Source: Novakomyces olei (lineage: Eukaryota). From it: a stretch of 64,000 nt of DNA. Every line of letters starts with the position of its first letter. Positions within the stretch are counted from its first letter, which is position 1. Shown here one piece after another: positions 13,512 through 24,200 of this stretch. The notes under the pieces are model-generated. The model ran no database searches. It was not told the DNA's origin and was given only the letters and a program-made list of their open reading frames with translations. The stretch is from positions 806,001-870,000 of the forward strand of contig JADEYG010000002.1 of assembly GCA_016906335.1 (NCBI GenBank), written 5' to 3'. A program made the translations under genes and the position numbers.

Positions 13512-14564
13512 ATGCTTGTATGTTTAGTCTGCTTACCGTTTAAAGTTCCGGTGCATTTAATTGCAGGTCGGTACCTCGTCTTTGACGCTAATGGTATTTG
13601 ACTGAAAAAGTTTTATTTATTTTTTTTTGAATTCTTTTTTGGCCAATTATCATGTTGTCTCTCTTTTTTGATCATTTTCATTTTTTGGAATTACTTTTTC
13701 ATCTACACGGCCTGTTCTTCATATCAGGCGCGTTTCAGAGCTAATTGTCCAGCCGTAAAAATTCTGCGTGAAGAATTCCAGATTTTGGGATGCCTTATTG
13801 GCTCATTACCGCAGGCACCTCAGCAAAATATTCTGCTTGGCTTGCCGCTACAATTATCTCGTGATGAGGTACAATGGCTTGTGACTAACGGTAAGAGGAT
13901 TTGAAAAAATTAAAAAATTAAGAATTAAAAATTTAATAAATAGATAAAATGATGTTCAATTTTGCTAACTAAAGACCATGCGTTTATTGTGGACGATACT
14001 GCTGTACTGTGTCGTGCACTCTCTAGCACAAAAATTATAGAGATGCAGGCGCAGCAGGCAGCGAATGAGCAAGCTGCTCGGGCCCAGCACCGTCTAGCAT
14101 TTGCTCGCAAGCAGGCAGCTCTAGTTCAGCGTGGTTTGCCCTTGGCTGCTGTAGATGAGAGCAGTTTGCAGGACCTGCCTTTAATACAGATAGAAGCTCC
14201 GTGGCATTATGAAGCATCTAGACTAGAACGGTCTAATAAGGTTGCAGCAAATCCTTTGATTGACGCTGTCTTTTCACATTTAAAGGCACGTGGATTGTCT
14301 CTGCAACCTGGATTACGATTTGGCGCTGAGTATGTTGCCTACCCGGGAGATCCTCTCCGCTTTCATTCGCATTATTCCGTAGTCACTTGTGGATGGGAAG
14401 ACTCTTTACCGTGTTCTGCCCTTGTGGCCGGTGGCCGTCTTGGTACCACTGTGAAAAAAGCCTGGCTTCTAGCCAGTGTGGTTGAGCAAAACGAGAATGT
14501 GCAGTCTGAGCAAAGGAAGAACGGCCAAGTTCGGTGCTACTGCGTGGAGTGGGCGGGTTTTTAA
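13512..14564 (+). CDS. SEN34: tRNA-splicing endonuclease catalytic subunit Sen34; introns 13594-13752 and 13891-13974
   Basis: GCLIGSLPQAPQQNILLGLPLQL, PGLRFGAEYVAYPGDPLRFHSH, GRLGTTVKK and the VEWAGF C-terminus. Confidence 0.93.
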
Positions 14565-14816
14565 ATTAGTCTTGTACATATATGCCGGCGCCTGTCTGAC
14601 AAAATAATACTGGAAAAATGATAAATAATACTGAAAACCAACAGATAAAATGATTCTTCTCTTTATACTTGACTAGTTTATACGATGTAAATCACAGCAT
14701 TCGCGTTAAGCAGACCCTTTTGTACATCATTGATTGATCTCATACATATATTTATTATCTCGCACTTTGTTTTATAATGCTCAATCTCGATCGGGGAAAA
14801 GTAACAGTTGAAGCTC

Positions 14817-15919
14817 CTACTTGCTCGGCGCCTTTTGGAACCCATAAGGGTTCTTTTGCTGCCAGTTCCAGAGGTCGCGGCAGATTTCCTTGATTCCATA
14901 CTCTGCCTTCCAGTGCAGCTCACGATTGGCCTTGGAAGGATCAGCCAGAAGCACGAGTACATCGCCAGCACGGCGGCCCACAATCTCATAGGGCAAAGGC
15001 CGTCCAACGGCAGCACTAAAGGCATCAATGATATCAATGACAGTGTAGCCATGGCCGGTTCCAATGTTCCACGCTTCGCAGCCGACATGGTCACTGCGCA
15101 GCTTGGCCAAGCACGAAACATGAGCACGGGCCAGATCGACCACGTGGATATAGTCACGGATAGGTGTTCCGTCTTTGCTGTCATAGTCGTTGCCAAAGAC
15201 TTGCAATTTGTCACGGCGCCCAACTGCTACTTGGCCCAAGTAAGGGAGCAGATTGTTGGGGATGCCGAGCGGGTCTTCGCCCAAAAGACCCGAGGGGTGT
15301 GCTCCACCAGGGTTAAAGTAACGCAGAAGGCCGGCATTGAGGCTTGGTGTGGCCTTACTGTGGTCGCGGATGATAGACTCGGTAAAAACCTTTGTGCGGC
15401 CGTACGGGTTGGTGGCCTCGAGCGGGCAAGTCTCCGGAATCGGGATTAACTTGGGGTCGTTGAAGCGGGTTACGTCACCGTAAACCGTGGCAGATGAGGA
15501 GAACACGAGGATATTGACGCCGTGCTTTTTCATGGCATTCAAGAGGCTGATACTGCCGCCCACATTGACGCGGTAGTAGTCCAGTGGGATCTTGCTGGAT
15601 TCGCCAACGGCTTTAAGAGCGGCAAAATGGATAACGCTCTCAAACTTGTGCTTGGAAAAAACGCGGTCGAGGGAGGCAGGATCGGTAATATCGGCCTCCT
15701 CAAAGGCAACCTCTTTGCCCGTTATTTTCTGGATACGTCTGACCGCCTCTTCCGACGCGTTTACAAGGTTGTCAATAATGACTACTTCATTGCCCGCGTT
15801 CAACAGCTCAATGACCTGCACGATCAGCCTCCTCGGAGAGTAAGCCTATACTGGAGCAAACTTACCGTATGAGAGCCAATGTAGCCGGCACCGCCGGTAA
15901 CAAGAACTTTGTGTGCCAT
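14817..15919 (-). CDS. GAL10: UDP-glucose 4-epimerase (epimerase domain only); one intron after GSHT
   Basis: VLVTGGAGYIGSHT, HFAALKAVGES, FSSSATVYG, YGRTK (YxxxK), LLRYFNP, RDYIHVVDLA. Confidence 0.95.
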
Positions 15920-16179
15920 TGTGGGTGGTGCTTCGTAATTGATGAATATGGCGGAAGCTTTTTAAGCTCCTCGTGCTGCTTATAATGGCGGAGTAGTGAC
16001 GGCTTCTCTTATTCAGATCTCACACCTTTGAATGAATAATCATGCTATTATTATTCTACTGCCTATTTTATTCTAATACGGACCGCGTATTGTTCCGGAA
16101 TAGTATTCGTTTGCGCGCACAGTCACTTGATCTCTCCTAATAGAGCATTCATCGCGTATGTAGATACATGATAGAACGG

Positions 16180-16292
16180 AAAAGAATACTTATAAAAGAT
16201 GACTGGTATAAGAATAGCGAAAGAATACTGATAGAATACCAAAAGAATACTAAAGAGTACTAAAGAGTACTAAAGAGCACTAAAGAGCACTA
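16180..16292. repeat. Degenerate ~10-bp tandem repeat (AAAGARYACT)
   Basis: aaagaatact/aaagagtact/aaagagcact units upstream of GAL10. Confidence 0.75.
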
Positions 16293-17305
16293 ATATAAAG
16301 AGGACTGGCATGGAAGGAAAGAATCAATAAAAAGAATACAATAAAAAGAGTATTTAAGAATACACTAAAAAGAATAATGTAAGCGTAACCTCGAAACAGA
16401 AATGATGTGCGTGATGTAAGCAGCGCGTTCCGATGGAGATTCGTGCCAAATCATGCGATTTTAACTGGTAGTAGAGGTTATGGCTTTGTGCCAAGATACG
16501 TGTGGGCTTTTGGCTTAGTTCCGTGGTTTTACTTGGCATTGGGACTCGACGTTTAACGCGGTATAGATGTGCCAGAAAGACGCGAGATCACTGTCGTGGA
16601 ACTTTAAGTAGCCGGTGGATAATGTTGACTTGAGATTATTCAACGATCATTTGATGAGTAGAATAAGCCTCGATTGGTAATTGGCGGCTCTAGTTTCGTG
16701 TATTCGCATACATGATAGCTTTTGGTTTAGCTCAATCTGATGATTACTAAAGCCTTCGCCTTATCAACAAGGATAATACATCGGACATTACTAGGGGTCA
16801 ATTGGCTCATCTATCAATTAAGCAAATTGCTGTATTTGAAATTCAAAGCTGCAACAACTTTTTAGACCAAGTCTCGTGTAGCAGGGTAGCAAGTTGATTA
16901 GGCGGGAGGACTGTTGTTTATCTTTATCCCCAATTCCAGTCCCGATTGCTTAGTGCCCATGCTTTCGAATATGTTTTTATTCTCTTCTAAAGAGTCTAGT
17001 ATGGAACTCGTAACGTTTAATTTGCTCTGGAAAGTCGGCAAAGGCTCGATCCGTTGCAAAATAAGAGCGCCCTTATAAATGAGAAGGCAAATCTTGGCTC
17101 TGAACTAGATTAACGAGTTTTACGTGACCAGCCTCTAGATGGAAAACTTATACATGACATAAAATACGACACATAGTTTAAGAGGAGACCTTGTGCAGGA
17201 AAGTGATACGGAAAAAATGATACTTTTCTTCTTTTCTATTCAAGCCTACAATACCTCCAGCCACGAAATGTATCAAAGACGCTTCCGAATTGGCATTGCG
17301 TTAAA

Positions 17306-18349
17306 TCACTCGTCGTTCTCTTCTTCGTCGTCTTCATCACCCGAGGTCTCGGCATTTTCACGTTCAACGCGTTTCATGAGATCCTCCAGCTCCATCTCAT
17401 CAGTCTCCGAGATAGCCTTGGGCCGCATGCGGACTACGCACTCTCCACCATTCGCACTTATGCTCTTGGCGATGGCGTTAATAGCCTCCTCTACCCGTGT
17501 AATTGCCCGGGTTTTATCTAACGCACTAGTAGAAATAACATAAAGAGGTGGGGCGACCAACTTGATGCGAACTGGAGCCTCGTCACTCTCGCTATTGTCT
17601 TGAGACAAAGAAGCCCCGGCACGAAGAGCGGTGCGAATTGCATCGATGCCTTGCATGCCAAAGCATGTAACTTCTATGTCAGCACGAATCTTGGTGGCCT
17701 GTGGAGTAAGTCGACGGGCTATTTGAGCCATCAACTCTGGAAGTACATGCTCATTTGGTGGTTGTAGACCTTCAAACACATTATCTGCATTGTTGATAGC
17801 CAGCTTGAAACCTTCATATGCATGTCCAAATCGCCGGTACAAAGGCCAGCCCACAGTTTCATACAGCGTCTCCAAAGGAATATTCTGTTTCTCCGCTACA
17901 TGCCGCAATATAGAGTGTACTGTCTTGGACTTATTAAATTTTTCCTCGCATCTCAAAACATCCTCTGCCGATACACGACGTTTCGACAAATCAATGTAAC
18001 CTGGAACAACGATTTAGCAACCAGCTTTGAATAGATCCAGTAAACTTTACCTTTCTCCTTATCAACTCGAAGCACTACAACAACCTCGTTGCGACCAACA
18101 CGGATCAGTTTTTGGATCGAACGGATACGGCGCCGAGATAATTCCGACAGTAGAATCATTCCCTCAATGTTGTCATACTCCAAAAGCTTAACGTACGCAC
18201 CCATCTCCTGGATTTGCCGGACTAGAAGAAAAAAGCGTTAAAAATAATGTTGCAAATTGATTTGTTTGCTCATTCTTACCATTCACGACAACGAGGTCAT
18301 CGACCTCGGGGAACTTGTTCTCATAGAACCGACACGAGGTTGTCGACAT
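17306..18349 (-). CDS. SUI2: Translation initiation factor eIF2 alpha; two introns
   Basis: [32 protein letters not shown] (Ser51 motif), [18 protein letters not shown] and an acidic tail. Confidence 0.97.
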
Positions 18350-21299
18350 GACTAGAGATACAATATATTGTGCAGTGCGCAAATGACGCGCTTATCTTGT
18401 CTGTCTGATTCTTCCAGCGGCCCAAAGTTTGCACAAGAACGCGCAGCACACGGCCGTTTAAATAAGGAATCGAGTTGTGTATATAAATTTTTTATTCAGC
18501 TAAACTTTTGTATAACGAGTGGTATGTGTATTCGAGCTTTAGGAGCTATAGCGTACAATATTAAGTTTATTTTATTTTTATTTAATTTCTACGATATTTT
18601 GGAGTTACGTATATAGAGTATATTTCCAGTTTCGATCTCAAGACGAAACAATTGGTATCACAATCGTCTGGAAGTCTGGTCGACGAACGGCGTACACTAT
18701 GTACTTACTAAACATTGATGGCTGCGAACCAGGCACAGCCTTTGTTGATGACTGTTGCCTTTGTGTAAGCGTTAGAAACTTTTTTATTGGCAATAAGTTA
18801 ATTGACTTGTATCTAACAATAAGCTCTTTGCGTATGTGCTGCAGCTAGCAAGCAATCACAAATTTTCCTTAACGTTGATAGTTGAAAATCCTTGAAAATG
18901 CTTACTCTGATAGACTTTGAACAAAGGAATTAAATAGGAACAGCACGAGTCGTGGATACGTTTATAAGTAATCTAACTTAAAAGGGGACGGGCCCCGTCC
19001 ACTGTTACGAAATACGTGAACAAGGTCCTTATATTTATAGGCAATCGGTTAAAAATACGCCTGACGGTTTCCCTCACAATGACAAAGTAATGCAAAGGGC
19101 CTGCCCATTATTTTATTGGCGATAAAGACGAGAGATTGTACACGAATAAGATATTTACTCCATAAAATAGGAGTTGATATGTGCTGAACGAAATATTAAA
19201 AAAGCATCCAAAACCCTCGTCTAGAAACAAAGCAGGGTCTATAGGTTCAAAAGCAAATATGGAAAACAGCTATTACTTATATCATCCAATATTTATAGGA
19301 ATGCAGCATCTTCACTCCGAAGTGCTGCATGATTAGGCGGCAAAAGTAGGACGGTTATCCAGGTCTCATGTGATTGGCCGCATCTAGGCGGGGTCACCAA
19401 GACTAACTTGAACGAGTTATTGCTGCGGAGCAGTACCGAGTACTAAGCGACAGAGTTGTCGTAAGATTCAAGTTAGACTATTTGTAGAAATTTCAGGACT
19501 TCACGCAGTGAGGTGATCGTGTGGAGTACTACCCGGAAAAGACGTTTATGGCTTCCAAAAATAGTCAAAATTGCACAAAAGCATCAGCCACGTGCTCAAA
19601 CCAATTCCACGTTTTTAAATTCCCGATTCGTGAGGTCAGCTTGACTCCGTAAATAGGATTGTACTTGGTAAGCGGAACAACGGCTGATAGAAAGCAGCAA
19701 AGACAATAATTGACTCTGATCTGCATTGTTTTATATACAATGGAAGCGATAAAATTCTGGATCGGCATAAGGTTTGATACAGCATTAAATTGGAGAGTGG
19801 ACAATTCTTGAGAATAAGGTATACATTTTTATTCAGTCTTCAACTTCCTGGTTCTTTACTAGTGATACATATATGTATATCGGGCAACGCTTTTCTGTAG
19901 AAGAAATATTTTCGGAATATCAGCGTACAATAGAATACTGTACGAAGCTTCGTAAAAAATCAATGGAGACACCTTAACTTATGTTGCAAATCTTGTTTGG
20001 TAACAGATACCGCTCAGAATACAACCCAGAAAAGTGTCTGAAATATAGCTTGCTTTACCGAGGCTCGCATGCTAGTAACAAGAGCAAACTTAGATACATT
20101 CTTCAGGGTTTAACTGAAAGGTGAAAGCGTACGTTGGCGCTTCACCACACCACCAATCAGAAGAAAATGCAATGAGCTACAAAAAATATAGTCGTTTTCA
20201 AAAATTAAGCCTACATGATACAATGTGCATGTAGCCGAAAACGTTGATACTGTATTCTGCATCACCTGTTGTGAAACAAGTTATGGCATTGCTCACATTT
20301 TTGTTGGGCAATGATTCTCTTGTATTGCCTTGGAGCTGAGCCACCAATAACCATCGATCACAATTTGTTGTGTCAACATGAAACAGTTACAGTGTCTAAG
20401 ATTGTTTAACGAACCAAGCGAAGTGCTCTCACAGCCAAATATATTTATCCCAGTACGAACATCAAGTGTTACTTAGTGAGACATAACCATATAATAATTA
20501 TACGTCACCGACCTTTTTGATCTATTCAATGTCTGAGACATTTCCGGATATATCCTATTATGAATCAAACCGAGACATTTAAGGGTGAGACATTCCCGAT
20601 TAGGAATACATGTGATAACCAAGCAGCCGTTGAATATATTATCCACCGAATAATAATCTCCGATTCTACTCTGTAGTTTTTACATCTTCTTGTAGAGACA
20701 GTTACCAGGAAAATCTCAATGGAGATATGCATTCTGTTGCTATGCGAAACGACTCTTGCATTCCGGTTTCGTATTGTATGCTAAATTGGTATTTACACTC
20801 TACTATTTCGTCGTTTAGCCGATGATTTTCCTTCAGTTTTTATCTAACGGTCGACTGTTCAAAACAGTCAATAGCTCCCGTTACCAACCTGTTACGAAAT
20901 ACGTATCCACCAGCAGTATCTTGCACGCACATTTGACCGTCGGCCGCGGAGCAATCAGGAGCCCATATTTCCAGATTTGGGCTTTACACGAGATGTTGAG
21001 ACAGGACAACCTCGTTAATCTCTACCTGCACATCGATAGTACACATTCTTCAACGCTTTATTCCCTGTGCGACTGAGATCGGCGCATATCCCAGTATTTA
21101 AATTCGTCGCCGCCCCACATGCAGGAAAATCGGAGCCTTCATTTTTTTAGCACACCAGCTATTTGTCTTTTTTGTGTGCCTTCCCTCGTTGAACCTCATT
21201 CGCTTCAAGGCTCTCGTTTTTCCAATTCCTCTGTCAATTGCGACAATAATTGTCCATTGAGAGGGTCATTCGTTTTACCCACAATTTATTACAGCCAAA

Positions 21300-24200
21300 A
21301 TGGCTTCCTTCTTCGCAAGGCAACAGCTGGCGCTCTTCGCCTATCTGCTGTTAGCATTCGGTTATGCTCGACCTACGCTTGCGAACGGCTTCACTCCGCC
21401 AAAGGACAATTGCCAATGCAAACCAGAGCCTCTTTGCCCGTACCAACAGTTCTCGAAAGGCGATCCTCAAGGTGCTCCCACAATCATTGCCGCCACATCG
21501 AAGGGGTCTGACTGGAGCATTGATGTCCACATGAAATTGGAAGACTACACCGATTCCAATGCCGACTTGCGTCAATTGAAAATTATCAGCCCAATTAACG
21601 AAGTACTGTATGACTCTCAGAGTCCCGACAATTCCAAGAATTGGCTCGATTTTGACTATGAGTTCACCGCTTTGTCTTCAATGGTTTATCAGCGAGGCGA
21701 TTTGTATTGTGTTGATGTTCAGTTCCAGTATGATTGGCAAGGAAAACACAATTCGTACGATTACCGCACCGGCTGCGACTCTGGAGCAGTGGGTCCCACA
21801 TACTGCTGGAATCCTTCCAAACAGTGTGGGGATTCATCCTCTTCTTTACCACCCACAGTCAGCACAAGTACCAATGTTCCACCCTTGTCTTCAAGTATTT
21901 GGTACGGCAATTCGTCCTCCGTTATTCCAACTACTAGCACAGTCGTGCCGCCGCAGACGACCACGACCTCTTTTGTGCCTCCGCCACAGACGACTACAAC
22001 AATGTCCAGCTCTACTACGAGCCAATTTGTTCCACCAACGCAAACTTGGACTAAACCTGGAGACTGTGCGCCGACTCCTCTTTGCCCAAAGCAGGACTTT
22101 TCCAAGGGAAATCCTCTAGGAGCTCCTAGCTTGACCAGTGCAACTGCTCAAGGCTCAGACTGGCTAGTAGGGGTTCATATGGAGCTCGAGTCAGCTGATT
22201 CAAATGCTGATATCCGTCAATTGAAGATCATTAGCCCAATCAACGAGGTACTGTACGATTCAGCGAGCCCAGACAACTCAAAGAACTGGATCGACTTTGA
22301 CTATGAATTCACAGCGGCAGGATCCTCTGTTTATCCTCGCGGTGATTCTGTCTGTGTTGATGTGCAATTCCAGTACGATTGGCTAAACAACAAGTACAAC
22401 TCGTACGACTACCGAACCGGATGCGACTCTGGAGCAGTTGGACCCACTTTCTGCTGGAATCCTAACAAATGTAACTCGCAATCTTCAGTGCCTCCTGTGC
22501 CTCCGACAACGTCTCAGACGAGCTCTTCTTCGGTAGTGCCACCTGTGAGCACGAGCTCAACAATTAACACTACTTCTTCAGTGCCTCCTGTGCCTCCGAC
22601 CACGTCTAAAATTGAGAGCACGAGCTCAACAATTAACACTACTTCTGTGCCTCCAACGACGTCTAAAATTGTGAGCACGAGCTCAACAAATAAAACTATT
22701 TCTTCAGTGCCTTCAGTGCCTCCAACGACGTCTAAAATTGTGAGCACGAGCTCAACAGTTAACACTACTTCTTCAGTGCCTTCTGTGCCTCCTACCACGT
22801 CCAAAATTGAGAGCACGAGCTCAGCAGTTAACACTACTTCAGTGCCTCCAACGACGTCTAAAATAGTGAGCACGACCTCAGCAGTTAACACTACTTCAGT
22901 GCCTCCAACGACGTCTAAAATAGTGAGCACGACCTCAGCAGTTAACACTACTTCAGTGCCTCCAACGACGTCTAAAATTGAGAGCACGACCTCAGCAGTT
23001 AACACTACTTCAGTGCCTCCAACGACGTCTAAAATTGAGAGCACGACCTCAGCAGTTAACACTACTTCAGTGCCTCCAACGACGTCTAAAATTGTGAGCA
23101 CGACCTCAGCAGTTAACACTACTTCAGTGCCTCCAACGACGTCTAAAATTGTGAGCACGAGCTCAACAGTAAACAATTCTTCTTTAGTACCTCCGAGCAC
23201 AAGTCCAACTGTTCCACCAGTCCAAAGCTCAACAACAACCTGCGACTTGTTCCCGACCACAAGCAAGAGTGAATCATCTGCTACTCCTCCGTTTAGTACC
23301 ACATCCGCGTCAGCTTTCAATACTTCTTCGAGCACAAGTCCAACTGTTCCACCAGCCCAAAGCTCAACAACAACCTGCGACTTGTTCCCGACCACAAGCA
23401 AGAATGGCACTTCGAGCACCATTCCTCCTCCGGAGAGCACTACGACAAAGGGTACATCAAGCACAGTTCCACCAGAAACTACAAGCAAGAATGGCACTTC
23501 AAGTACAGTTCCTCCTCCGGAGAGCACTACGACAAAGACGTCAAGCATAGTTCCTCCTGAGAGCACAACATCAAAGGGTACATCAAGCACAGTTCCACCA
23601 GAAACCACAAGCAAGAATGGCACTTCGAGTACAGTTCCTCCTCCGGAGAGCACTACGACAAAGACGTCAAGCATAGTTCCTCCTGAGAGCACAACATCAA
23701 AGGGTACATCAAGCACAGTTCCACCAGAAACCACAAGCAAGAATGGCACTTCGAGTACAGTTCCTCCTCCGGAGAGCACTACGTCAAAGACGTCAAGCAT
23801 AGTTCCTCCTGAGAGCACAACATCAAAGGGTACATCAAGCACAGTTCCACCAGAAACCACAAGCAAGAATGGCACTTCGAGTACAGTTCCTCCTCCGGAG
23901 AGCACTACGTCAAAGACGTCAAGCATAGTTCCTCCTGAGAGCACAACATCAAAGGGTACATCAAGCACAGTTCCACCAGAAACCACAAGCAAGAATGGTA
24001 CTTCAAGCACAATGCCTCCGGAGAGCACAACTACAACCACCTCAGGCATAGTTCCTCCTCCAGAGAGCACAACTACGACTTCATCAAGCATAGTTCCTCC
24101 TGAGAGCACAACATCAAAGGGTACATCAAGCACGGCTCCTCCAGAAACTACAAGCAAGAATGGTACTTCAAGCACAATGCCTCCGGAGAGCACAACTACA

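Noticed and set aside
14808-15872. Long plus-strand ORFs (213 and 116 aa) opposite GAL10
   Set aside because: Antisense shadows expected from the strong codon bias of the epimerase gene; no recognisable motifs.
16079-16097. Gal4 site upstream of GAL10
   Set aside because: The CGG-CCG spacing is 13 nt, not 11.
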